Virus record (IMG/VR): IMGVR_UViG_3300033180_000001
Coordinates: 2,124 to 66,123 of that record
Reading direction: 5' to 3' (one strand)
Length of the DNA: 64,000 nt
DNA from: a virus
Lineage: Duplodnaviria > Caudoviricetes
The notes beneath the pieces were generated by a model. That model was not told where the DNA came from. It did not search any database and worked only from the letters and a program-made list of their open reading frames with translations. Of the stretch, positions 44,757 to 52,623 are shown piece after piece. The position numbers were made by a program, and so were the translations under genes. The number at the start of each line of letters is the position of its first letter. Position 1 is the first letter of the stretch.

Positions 44757-46258
44757 GATGTGGCATATCCCATTTTTCGTCTGAATTCGTCCACGTCCTT
44801 GGAGCGCGTCGTGCTCTGGGTACCCATGACCTTGCGACCCTCTCCGGCACCGAGCACCAAGTACTGGCCGGCCTCGCAGGGGTGGCTGTACTTGTTCTTG
44901 TCGGGCATGTCGCGGAAGCGATCAGAGCCGACCACGCGGATGCGCTTGTAGGCATAGCCGCCCTGCAGGCCCTTGCGCGTGACCACGCAGTCAGGGTGGA
45001 TCAGCATGCCGGGCTCGCCATCGATCAGACGCGTCATCGGGGCGCCAAAGGCCTCGGTGCGCAGCGCGAAGTCGTTGTTGCCCGGCGCGGGTGTGGCGAT
45101 GATGTCCTTGCTCTTGAGCAGCTGGAACGCGGTGCGGATCTCGGCATCGCCGCCTTGGCGCTGGTCGCCGGCCGGATCGCCGTAGATGCCGTTGATCGGC
45201 CACCCGGCGTAGTGCTTCTGCATGAACAGGTTGAGCTCGTCGCCGAAGCTCAGGATGCCGGTGTCTTCGGTCACCAGCTCGTGGCGGTAGCGCCACTGCC
45301 CATCCACGGTCTGCTGGCCGATCAGCGCAGCGGGTGTCAGGCCGAAGTCCAGCCCAACGTAGATGCCCAGCTCCTTGACCAGCGTGAACTCCTTGCACAT
45401 CACTGCGTCGCGGTAGTTCGGGTACACGGCCTTGCCATCACGCACGAAACCGTACTCGTTGGCCAAGTTGACCTTGATCCAGTCCTCGTCCTTGCCCTCG
45501 GCGCCCTTCGAGTAGTAGCCCAGCGGCAGGTTGCGCAGGTTCTCGGCGTCAGGGTTTGTCTTCCAGGGCGAATCCACGCTGTCGCGGATCACGCCACCGG
45601 GCTGGCGGTGGAAGTGCCACCCCTCGGGGCGCTTCTCCTCGGCCATGATGTAGTACCAATGGTCGGTGTCGCACGCGTTGGTGTCGCCAAAGATGCCGTG
45701 CCACGTTGGGCCAATCTCGCCCTGCGGGTAGCGGCCGATGCGCAAGTCCAGCATCTCGACCACGGCGAACGGCAGCTCCTTGACCTCGGACAGCATGCCG
45801 GCGGTGAGTTGCAGGCCGCGCAGCTTCTTCACGTGCTCCTCGCGGTCTAGGGCCAGGAAGATCATCTCCCCGAGCACGCGCGTGGGCTTGCCGCGCGGGC
45901 CTGATGCGCCTGGCACCTCGGGCGGCAGCATGAAGTCCAGCGTGTGGCTCGGCGGTTCGCGCCCACCCTCGCGCCAGATGCCCAGCGGCGAGAACATGTC
46001 GAGCCAGTCTTTGGCCGTCGTGGTCAGCAGGTCGCCGTAGGTGTTGCGAATGGCCACCTGGCGGGTGCGCCGCACGCCCTCGCGGTCAGGCTCCTGGTCG
46101 ATCATCACCCGGAAGGCCTTCCAGCACGACCCATTCGTCTTGCTGGACCCGAGCGGGCCCATGATGAAGCTGCGCTGTGCCTTGTCGCGGATGTACGAGG
46201 CGACGACGGGGCCCTGCGCCTTGTAGCTGAACTCCATCCGGCGTTCGGTGCCGAACAT
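44753..46258 (-). CDS. terL: terminase large subunit
   Basis: MGPLGSSKT Walker A, IRNTY, DTNA.D.DHW, nuclease GLDFGLTPAA, YGDPAG, KNKYSHPCEA.QY. Confidence 0.92.
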   Translation of the reverse strand: MFGTERRMEFSYKAQGPVVASYIRDKAQRSFIMGPLGSSKTNGSCWKAFRVMIDQEPDREGVRRTRQVAIRNTYGDLLTTTAKDWLDMFSPLGIWREGGREPPSHTLDFMLPPEVPGASGPRGKPTRVLGEMIFLALDREEHVKKLRGLQLTAGMLSEVKELPFAVVEMLDLRIGRYPQGEIGPTWHGIFGDTNACDTDHWYYIMAEEKRPEGWHFHRQPGGVIRDSVDSPWKTNPDAENLRNLPLGYYSKGAEGKDEDWIKVNLANEYGFVRDGKAVYPNYRDAVMCKEFTLVKELGIYVGLDFGLTPAALIGQQTVDGQWRYRHELVTEDTGILSFGDELNLFMQKHYAGWPINGIYGDPAGDQRQGGDAEIRTAFQLLKSKDIIATPAPGNNDFALRTEAFGAPMTRLIDGEPGMLIHPDCVVTRKGLQGGYAYKRIRVVGSDRFRDMPDKNKYSHPCEAGQYLVLGAGEGRKVMGTQSTTRSKDVDEFRRKMGYATS

Positions 46259-46560
46259 CAGGGCGCCTCCCATGGGCGAGTGCGCGACTCGTTGGCCACG
46301 ATGCGCTTGGCCTCTACACGCGGCATCTTTTCAACGACCATGAGCTGTTTGAGCCTGGCCGCTGTCCATGCCACTTCGGCCTCGCTCAGGCCGCTGATAT
46401 GGGCCAGCATCTTCACGCCGTTGTAGGTGCCGTCGCCATTGCTGAACTGGCTGAAAAGGCCTGAAGTATCGCCAGACGATGCCGAAACCGTCGTCGCGCG
46501 GTCTCGGCCCGCGATTTCTCGCACCTCAAGCCCATTCTGGTATCGCGTGACGGTACTCAT
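46258..46560 (-). CDS. hypothetical protein between terS and terL
   Basis: GAGGA RBS; overlaps both neighbours. Confidence 0.6.
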   Translation of the reverse strand: MSTVTRYQNGLEVREIAGRDRATTVSASSGDTSGLFSQFSNGDGTYNGVKMLAHISGLSEAEVAWTAARLKQLMVVEKMPRVEAKRIVANESRTRPWEAP

Positions 46561-47255
46561 GCGTCCTCGGCTGCGCTGCGCGCGCGTGGGCTGTCAGGAT
46601 CACCGCGGCCGGTGTAGTCCTTGATCAGCACGGTGTAGCGGTCGCCGTTGGTCCCACCCTCAGTGTCGAGGCCGAACGCCTCGCGCTCCATGCCGATGCA
46701 TTTGTGCAGCGCGTCGGCCAGATCCTTGGCGATTTTCGTGCGCGCCGGTAGGCTGTTGATCAGGTCGGCCATATCGCGCAGTGCAGCGATCGCGGGTTCG
46801 CTCGGGTTGGACAGGGCGTCGTAGATCATGCCGAACCGCTCGGGTGCGTCGATGGTCAGGCTGAGCTCGCGCGCCAGCCCCCGGATGATCGACCGCAGCA
46901 TGGCGATGTCTTCACGGTGCCCGAGTTGCACCATTGCCAGCTGCTGAGCGCCAGCTTCGGTGATCTGCGCGTCAGTGAAAAGTGGTTCCGGCGTAACCTT
47001 TGGCGTAACCACTTCCGGCCAGTCCTGTGTAACCGCTGAGCTTGCGACGATGCGGTCCGCCTTGGCGGTGATGTCGGGTCTCAGGTCACGTTCCCATCCG
47101 TGCTTGCGTGCGTGCTTGATGATCGCTGCGCGCGAGACGCCGAATTGCTTGGAGATTGCAGTGGGGGTGCGAATGCCAGCGCGCCAGTGTGGCTCGATGG
47201 CTTGCCAGTCGACCGGGACCAGGTCGGCCTTGCTGGGCTTGGGGGCCTTGGTCAC
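46557..47255 (-). CDS. terS: terminase small subunit
   Basis: DWQAIE..WRAG......I..QFGVSRAAIIKHARKHGW.RDL HTH; ...IGMEREAFGLD. Confidence 0.8.
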   Translation of the reverse strand: MTKAPKPSKADLVPVDWQAIEPHWRAGIRTPTAISKQFGVSRAAIIKHARKHGWERDLRPDITAKADRIVASSAVTQDWPEVVTPKVTPEPLFTDAQITEAGAQQLAMVQLGHREDIAMLRSIIRGLARELSLTIDAPERFGMIYDALSNPSEPAIAALRDMADLINSLPARTKIAKDLADALHKCIGMEREAFGLDTEGGTNGDRYTVLIKDYTGRGDPDSPRARSAAEDA

Positions 47256-47479
47256 AGCGCGTTGTACTCGGCTTGCAGCGCGGCGCACTTGGAGTCGATG
47301 TCGGCGCAGATGGCGTGGACGGCGGTGGCCCAGACCTGGCCGTCGACCTCGATGCGGACCACATCGCCCATGCTTTTCGTCCCTGGTGGCTTCTGGTTCC
47401 ACCAGCGGGCACGGAGATCCTTGAGGTCGTCGATGGTGTCCTTGAGCTTCTGGGCCTTGGCCAGGGTGTCGTCGTTCAT
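47252..47479 (-). CDS. hypothetical protein
   Basis: GGAG RBS, GTGA overlap with terS. Confidence 0.65.
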   Translation of the reverse strand: MNDDTLAKAQKLKDTIDDLKDLRARWWNQKPPGTKSMGDVVRIEVDGQVWATAVHAICADIDSKCAALQAEYNAL

Positions 47480-47507
47480 CGCGCGCTCCATGTTGACATG
47501 GGGCGGG

Positions 47508-47526
47508 AGTTTACGGCTTGTGTCTG
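47508..47526 (-). promoter_or_regulatory. putative promoter CAGACAC-N6-TAAACT for terminase operon
   Basis: motif shared with 42491-42507. Confidence 0.45.
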
Positions 47527-47544
47527 GGTTGCGGACACGCTTTG

Positions 47545-47643
47545 GAAATGGTGCCCGGGTCCGCTGAGAACCCGGGCACAAAGACCGATTGCTCGATCAA
47601 GGAGAGACAGATGCCTGCGGGCGGTTCCGGCCGCCTGCAGCAT
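47545..47643 (-). ncRNA. candidate ~95-nt sRNA with anti-SD seed CUGUCUCUCCUU
   Basis: TAGAAT -10 at 47648-53; 5' hairpin, exposed CU-rich tract, GCAA hairpin, 10-bp terminal stem 47551-79. Confidence 0.55.
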
Positions 47644-47735
47644 GTGCATTCTACGGTCTGGAATGGCGAACGGCCCGCGGTTTCAGTGCCGGGGCCGTTC
47701 TGGTGTAGGTGGTCTGCGCCATTGCGGTGGCGCAG

Positions 47736-47858
47736 ACGAGGAGGTCGCTGGTGGTGGCTTACGTCTACCCTCTGGCTCACCAGCTTCGCGGGCTGGGTTG
47801 CCTGTGGCCACGCGTCAACCGGCTTCTGGCCGGACGGGTGGGTTCACCAGTGCTCCGT
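47736..47858 (-). ncRNA. candidate multibranched structured ncRNA
   Basis: TTGCCC-17-CACAAT promoter (47866-94); nested stems CUGGUG/CACCAG, CCGGC/GCCGG, GGUUG/CAACC, CCAGC/GCUGG; two strong hairpins downstream. Confidence 0.5.
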
Positions 47859-47932
47859 GGCGCGGATTGTGCAATGCGGCACGCCTCTGGGCAAGAGCTG
47901 GGTGTAGGACAAGCGCTACACGCGTCGGCGCA

Positions 47933-48142
47933 TCATTTCCCGCGTTTGAGCACCGCATCCGCTTTGCGGTCGATCGTGGCTTTCTGACTGGGGCTCAGGT
48001 TGCCGGCCTCGACCTGCTGCGTGGCGCGCGCTTTGGCGTTTGCTGCGTGGCTTTGATCGTTGACGGGGTAGGCGCGGGCACCGACCAAGCCGAACTGGCT
48101 GGCGGGCAGAGCATTGCGGGTCTTGGTGTTCAGCCTGGTCAT
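47933..48142 (-). CDS. DUF6582-like small basic protein
   Basis: L.TK.RNALPASQFGL.G.RAYPV.D.SHAANAKARA; GGAG RBS. Confidence 0.7.
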   Translation of the reverse strand: MTRLNTKTRNALPASQFGLVGARAYPVNDQSHAANAKARATQQVEAGNLSPSQKATIDRKADAVLKRGK

Positions 48143-48156
48143 GGTGGTCTCCAAGA

Positions 48157-48524
48157 CCCCGGGCACGCAAGGCCCGGGGGTTTGCCTCTCAGCTTCGGCG
48201 TAGCGGGGGCGTCGATCGCAGGCGCTGTGCTCCGATTGAGCCCTCGGCCCGGCTACCCTGCGAGGCGACCGGACACCATGACCTTCGACACTGGCGCTGG
48301 GCCAGCTTGCCCCCTTGGGGTGTATCTTGTGCGGTCTTTCCCGCCGTCATCACAAGCTGCCCATCCGATGTGAACGGAAGCGCGCCCTTCATGGCTTCGA
48401 TGCCACTTCACGTGCGCCCGCGTAGCGGTTTCCTATCCGCTGGCCCGGCAACAATCTGGCGCCGCCCTTTCAGGTGGCATGCCGCTCTACGCTTGCGGTG
48501 GCGACCCGGATACACGTACCGGGA
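48157..48524 (-). ncRNA. candidate large (~370 nt) highly structured ncRNA
   Basis: non-coding gap with >10 stems incl. GGGCCAGC/GCUGGCCC, UCGCAGG/CCUGCGA, CUUGU..GCGG-GAAAGA-CCGC-ACAAG, T-loop-like loops. Confidence 0.5.
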
Positions 48525-48534
48525 CAGACTCAGT

Positions 48535-48813
48535 TCAGTAAGAGCCCTCTCCCCGCATCTTCTTCTCGCGGTGCGGAGCGTGGGGGTGGCTCTGCTTCGA
48601 GACCACGCCGCGGTCGAAGGCTTCTTCGCGCTTGCTGCCTTCCCTCATGCCCTTGGGTTCGACATCGCGCTTGCTGCCCTCGAAGTGCACGCCTTTGGTC
48701 ATCGCATGACCCTGGAAGCTGTCCGTGTGCTGCGATGGCTTGGTGGTCAGCTGGGGGGCGTTCACACCAGCGCTGGGGCCGGTCATGGGATTGATGGGGG
48801 CGGACTTGGCCAT
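48535..48813 (-). CDS. small basic hypothetical protein
   Basis: CAGGAG RBS; FEGSKRDVEPKGMREGSKREEAFD. Confidence 0.7.
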   Translation of the reverse strand: MAKSAPINPMTGPSAGVNAPQLTTKPSQHTDSFQGHAMTKGVHFEGSKRDVEPKGMREGSKREEAFDRGVVSKQSHPHAPHREKKMRGEGSY

Positions 48814-48844
48814 GTGGCACTCCTGTTGCGGTTGGTGGGCGGGA

Positions 48845-49075
48845 TCAATTGTCGCGCTGACGCTTGAGCATGTCAGCCGGCGGCGTGCTGGGCCCGCGCC
48901 GCGTGGTCTTGGTGAACTGGGTTTGGGTCATGTCGCCAGCGGGCTGGGCAGCCGGCGTCGAGCCGCTGTCGCCCATCGCCGTGGCCTCGCGTCGGGCCAG
49001 CACCTTGCGCGGGTTGGTGATTTCGTCCGCCTCGCGGTGCAGTTCGTCGCTGGTGCTGTTGCTGACGCTTCCCAT
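48845..49075 (-). CDS. hypothetical protein
   Basis: AAGGAG RBS. Confidence 0.65.
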   Translation of the reverse strand: MGSVSNSTSDELHREADEITNPRKVLARREATAMGDSGSTPAAQPAGDMTQTQFTKTTRRGPSTPPADMLKRQRDN

Positions 49076-49103
49076 GCAGTGCTCCTTGGTGCAGGGCCTG
49101 AGT

Positions 49104-50066
49104 CTACAGCGGGTTGCGCTTCGGGAGCATGTACTGGCTGCCGGCTTGCTGGATTTGCTCTGCTTCGTGCACGCTGCTTGCCTCAACGGTAACCCATTCG
49201 CGTTTGATCCAGTTGAACATCCTGCGCGGCTCTCCGGCTTCCACTCTTGCCGCCAGTTCGTCGAACACGGTCACCGGCCACTGGCGGACCGCCTTTTCAG
49301 ATACTTGCGGGGCCTGATGGGCTTGTGTCGTATCAACACCGAAGATGCACTCCATGAACCGGGCCGCCGCGCGGTTCGCGTCCCGCCGAGATTCAGTCAA
49401 CCGCGGGGCAGGGGTCTCGCTCACATACGCCATGACCAAGCTGGCGTGCCAGTTCAAGGCATATTGGGGTTCGGCCTTCATGGCCTGAATGAGCGTCGAC
49501 ATGGCTTTGGCGACGCGTTGGTTGCCCGGATAGGTGGCTTGCAACCATGGCGGCGTGTGCTGGCGGGCCAGCTCGGCGTCCTGGCCGTTCAGCTGGGTGA
49601 TGGCCTGCAGGATGTCCTCGCCGGCCTCTTTGGGCATGGCGTTCCAGCCATTTGTCAGGTACATGGTGTGAGGCCTCAGCTTCGCGTCGGCTGGGCAGTC
49701 CTGAGCGCCTTCGACCAGCAGGCCCTTGAATTCGGGGATGTTGATGATCGTGCCGCCACGCTGCAGCGGCACGTCCTTGTCCTTGGTGCTCAGCTGGCTG
49801 GTCAGGCCGTCGACCGGCTTGCCCTGTTGCACGCGTTCGCGCTCTCCGCGCAGGCGCGATGCCTCGATGCGGCGGTCCAGACTGGTCATGCGGGGCTGTT
49901 CAACGGGTTCGTTCATCATCGGCTCCTTTGGTGGTGAAAGTGTCGGCTCGCTCAGCAGGCGAGTCAACGGGGAAGGGTTGGCGTGCATCAGCTCGGCCAC
50001 GCGCCGCGCGAAGTCTCTGTTGGCGTTCGAGCGCTCGGCTGGCGTGTTGAAGTTCTGGCGCGGCAT
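49104..50066 (-). CDS. hypothetical protein (320 aa)
   Basis: TAAGGA RBS, codon bias. Confidence 0.7.
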   Translation of the reverse strand: MPRQNFNTPAERSNANRDFARRVAELMHANPSPLTRLLSEPTLSPPKEPMMNEPVEQPRMTSLDRRIEASRLRGERERVQQGKPVDGLTSQLSTKDKDVPLQRGGTIINIPEFKGLLVEGAQDCPADAKLRPHTMYLTNGWNAMPKEAGEDILQAITQLNGQDAELARQHTPPWLQATYPGNQRVAKAMSTLIQAMKAEPQYALNWHASLVMAYVSETPAPRLTESRRDANRAAARFMECIFGVDTTQAHQAPQVSEKAVRQWPVTVFDELAARVEAGEPRRMFNWIKREWVTVEASSVHEAEQIQQAGSQYMLPKRNPL

Positions 50067-50068
50067 GG

Positions 50069-50350
50069 TCAGTCCTTAGGAGTCATGAACGGCGACGGCC
50101 TGATCGACGCTTCGTACAGCATGCTGTCCTGCAGCGCCTCGCAGCGCCTCAGCGCGTGGTAAGCCAGCGCGGTCATCGTGTCTTCGCCCGACCAGCCTTC
50201 GCGCTCGCCCATGCGCATGCAAGCGTTGACGAGTGCGCTGGTCGGCGATATTTCGGCCATGCTCACGGGCCGGCCGTCGATTCGGTCTCGGCCGTAAGCC
50301 ACGCGCCGCAGGCGCTGGCGCATCTCGCGCGGGTCAGTCAGCTGGTCCAT
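50069..50350 (-). CDS. hypothetical protein
   Basis: GAGAG RBS. Confidence 0.6.
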   Translation of the reverse strand: MDQLTDPREMRQRLRRVAYGRDRIDGRPVSMAEISPTSALVNACMRMGEREGWSGEDTMTALAYHALRRCEALQDSMLYEASIRPSPFMTPKD

Positions 50351-50361
50351 CGTGCTCTCTT

Positions 50362-50697
50362 TCAGCGTGGGGTGGTGCACCAGCCGCAAGCGTGCGGGTG
50401 CTTGGGTTCATGGGGTGCGCCGCAGTTGCGGCAGTTCTTTTGCGCGGCGGGGCCCCCGATGCTGATGCTGCGCATGTCGGTGACGCGTTCGATGTCGGTG
50501 GTCACGTCGGCCACCATACGTCTGCGCCAGTCGGCCATCCACGCGTCGATGGCCGCCTTGTCTTGTGGTATGACCGGGCCGCAGTAGCGGCACCGTCCGC
50601 AGTAGAGATTTCGGCCGTGATCGACATAGCGCATGTTTGCGCTGCTGCTGCAACGCGGACATGCGACCGGCCCGGGCCTGATCGTTGTGCTATTCAC
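50362..50697 (-). CDS. multi zinc-ribbon protein
   Basis: four CxxC pairs; CAGGAG RBS before GTG. Confidence 0.65.
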   Translation of the reverse strand: MNSTTIRPGPVACPRCSSSANMRYVDHGRNLYCGRCRYCGPVIPQDKAAIDAWMADWRRRMVADVTTDIERVTDMRSISIGGPAAQKNCRNCGAPHEPKHPHACGWCTTPR

Positions 50698-50896
50698 GTG
50701 CGGCTCCTGGTTCAATGAACAGCAGGCAGTTGGCCACCATGCGGTGCAACTCGTCGACGTCGCTCTGCTCGAAGTCGTGGCCGCCGGTGCGCATCGCGTT
50801 GATTTCAGCCACCAGCAGCTCGGCTTGCAGGGCGATGTGGGTCAGGGTGATCGGTGCGAGCACGCGCGTGACTTGGTTTGGATTTTGAGTCGTCAT
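50690..50896 (-). CDS. hypothetical protein
   Basis: overlap coupling. Confidence 0.6.
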   Translation of the reverse strand: MTTQNPNQVTRVLAPITLTHIALQAELLVAEINAMRTGGHDFEQSDVDELHRMVANCLLFIEPGAARE

Positions 50897-51333
50897 GATG
50901 CCCGCGCTGAAATATCAACCACTTTCCCGTCGGTGATGCGACGCACCCATGGCCGACCTTCGTTGTCGAGAAAGCTCATGCTCACAGAGCACACGCCGCT
51001 TGCGTCAAGCACTAGCGGGTGCTCGGGCGTGAACAAGATTTCGCCTCCGAGTGGTGGTTGCCAATGCGCATAGCCACCTTGGGCGCTTACCGGTAGATCA
51101 AGCATAGACTGGTCACCACGTAGCAATCGGCCAAAAGCCACACCTGGAACGATGCCCAAGCCCTCTATGGACACGCCCACGACCATGCCCCACTCGTGGA
51201 TCGTCGGCAGGATTACTGTTGGCGCATCGAGCAACACAAGCCCCACGCGAGGCTCAAAAAGTGGGACGCGCGCCAGGACTGGTGCAGCAGCCATGCCCAT
51301 CAACATGCCAAGAAATCCTCGGCGCTGCATCAC
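50893..51333 (-). CDS. protein with twin-arginine (Tat)-like leader
   Basis: QRRGFLGMLMGMAAAPVLA. Confidence 0.6.
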   Translation of the reverse strand: MMQRRGFLGMLMGMAAAPVLARVPLFEPRVGLVLLDAPTVILPTIHEWGMVVGVSIEGLGIVPGVAFGRLLRGDQSMLDLPVSAQGGYAHWQPPLGGEILFTPEHPLVLDASGVCSVSMSFLDNEGRPWVRRITDGKVVDISARAS

Positions 51334-51485
51334 GTAGGCTCCCCAGCGCGCAGGCGCTCGAGCTCGTACTGTCGCATGGCCTCGTCTTCTTCCATGCGGT
51401 TGCGCGGCTCGATCACCTCGAGCCCGGCCAGCGGGTCGAACGGCAGTGGCAGCATCTCCGCGCGGGTGTGGTTGCTGTTTCTCAT
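51330..51485 (-). CDS. small hypothetical protein (51 aa)
   Basis: overlaps both neighbours. Confidence 0.5.
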   Translation of the reverse strand: MRNSNHTRAEMLPLPFDPLAGLEVIEPRNRMEEDEAMRQYELERLRAGEPT

Positions 51486-51604
51486 GGCTTGGCTTCCATG
51501 CAGTCAGTGGCGCAGCCGCAGTCGGTATCCGTGTCGCAGCCCTTGCTGTAGACCCAGAAGATCAGCAGCAGGACCACCAGCAACAGCAGCAGATGCGTTT
51601 TCAT
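51482..51604 (-). CDS. small membrane-anchored Cys-rich peptide (40 aa)
   Basis: MKTHLLLLLVVLLLIFWVYSKGCDTDTDCGCATDC; ATGA overlaps. Confidence 0.5.
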   Translation of the reverse strand: MKTHLLLLLVVLLLIFWVYSKGCDTDTDCGCATDCMEAKP

Positions 51605-51798
51605 GACAGCAGTGCCCGGATTTCTTCTCGCCTGATGCGCAGCGCCTTGTAGTCATCCCACTCGGCCTCGTTCAGGGCATCGTGGCGATGTTCCAGAAGA
51701 TCCTCGGCCTCGTCGATGCGACGGTCAAGGTGCTGCGCTTCGTGTTGCAACGCAAAGCGAGTGAACAAGCGCCAGCGGGGGATGGGGATGGTGGTCAC
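51601..51798 (-). CDS. hypothetical protein
   Basis: GAGGAG RBS. Confidence 0.6.
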   Translation of the reverse strand: MTTIPIPRWRLFTRFALQHEAQHLDRRIDEAEDLLEHRHDALNEAEWDDYKALRIRREEIRALLS

Positions 51799-52058
51799 GG
51801 GTTGGTCTCCTCGTCGTCAGGCTCTGCACACACGGCGTCGAAACAGGTCTCGCACATGCCGCTGATGGCGACCTCATGCCAGCCGTCGACGCTGAACACG
51901 TTGACGTTGCGGCGGAATGGCTGCGCGCAGTTGATGCAGGCCGTGCGGCCACGCACCTCAACCGGCAACGCCTCGACCTGTTCGCGCGTCAGCGCGGCGA
52001 TGTCCTCGGGCGAGCCTGACAGAGTACCGTCGATGTTGCGCACGGGGCCCATGATCAC
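51795..52058 (-). CDS. zinc-finger-like hypothetical protein
   Basis: CINC...E..ISGMCETCFD. Confidence 0.65.
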   Translation of the reverse strand: MIMGPVRNIDGTLSGSPEDIAALTREQVEALPVEVRGRTACINCAQPFRRNVNVFSVDGWHEVAISGMCETCFDAVCAEPDDEETNP

Positions 52059-52324
52059 TCCCCGTTCTCACAATCGACCATGCCACCGCGCGGCGTCAGC
52101 TTCCACGTGCGCAGCAGCCGGTGCTTGATCTTGTCGTCGTTCAGGATGCGGCACACGCCGGACTGGTCCACGGTGACGTCGACCAGCTCAATGCGCACGC
52201 TTTCGCGGATCACGCCGGGCCGGGCCTTGGCATCATTGTGCGCCTCGAGTTGGGTCCGCTCATAGCGTGCGCGCGGTGCGTCCTCGTCAGGGATCGCGCT
52301 GTCAAAGACTCTGAAGAAGTGCAT
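52055..52324 (-). CDS. hypothetical protein
   Basis: GAGGA RBS. Confidence 0.6.
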   Translation of the reverse strand: MHFFRVFDSAIPDEDAPRARYERTQLEAHNDAKARPGVIRESVRIELVDVTVDQSGVCRILNDDKIKHRLLRTWKLTPRGGMVDCENGE

Positions 52325-52389
52325 CGTTCTGTCCTCTGTTGCATGGTCGATAGCCACTCGGGAGCCCAGCACGCTGGGCAACCGGCTGG

Positions 52390-52548
52390 TTATTTCGCCT
52401 TCGGGGCCTTGCTGGGCCAGTTCTTGGTTTTGGCCACCTTGTCGGCGGTCGCCTTCTTCGTTTTCTTGCCTTTGGCCTCTGCGGCCAGCGGGGCGAAGAT
52501 CAGGGCCAGGCTCACGGCCAGGGCGGTCAGGGTGGGGGTCTTCAGCAT
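52390..52548 (-). CDS. small secreted Lys-rich peptide (52 aa)
   Basis: AAGGAG RBS; signal peptide ending AEA then KGKKTKK... Confidence 0.6.
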   Translation of the reverse strand: MLKTPTLTALAVSLALIFAPLAAEAKGKKTKKATADKVAKTKNWPSKAPKAK

Positions 52549-52623
52549 CGTTCTCTCCTTGTGGTTGCGGCGGCCAGGATGGCGTCACCTTGCTGCCCCC
52601 TGTCACGGGGCAGACGGGTGCCG

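Noticed and set aside
13433-45850. Many long + strand ORFs (e.g. 13433-15091, 16580-18214, 18317-20482, 29545-31671, 40238-42046, 42585-44951)
   Set aside because: Antisense shadows of GC3-biased real genes on the - strand; no motifs or RBS
47611-47907. + strand ORF with a perfect AAGGAG RBS
   Set aside because: Implausible W/R/G-rich product across hairpin-dense DNA and no + strand promoter seen; better explained as the complement of an anti-SD seed, though not fully excluded
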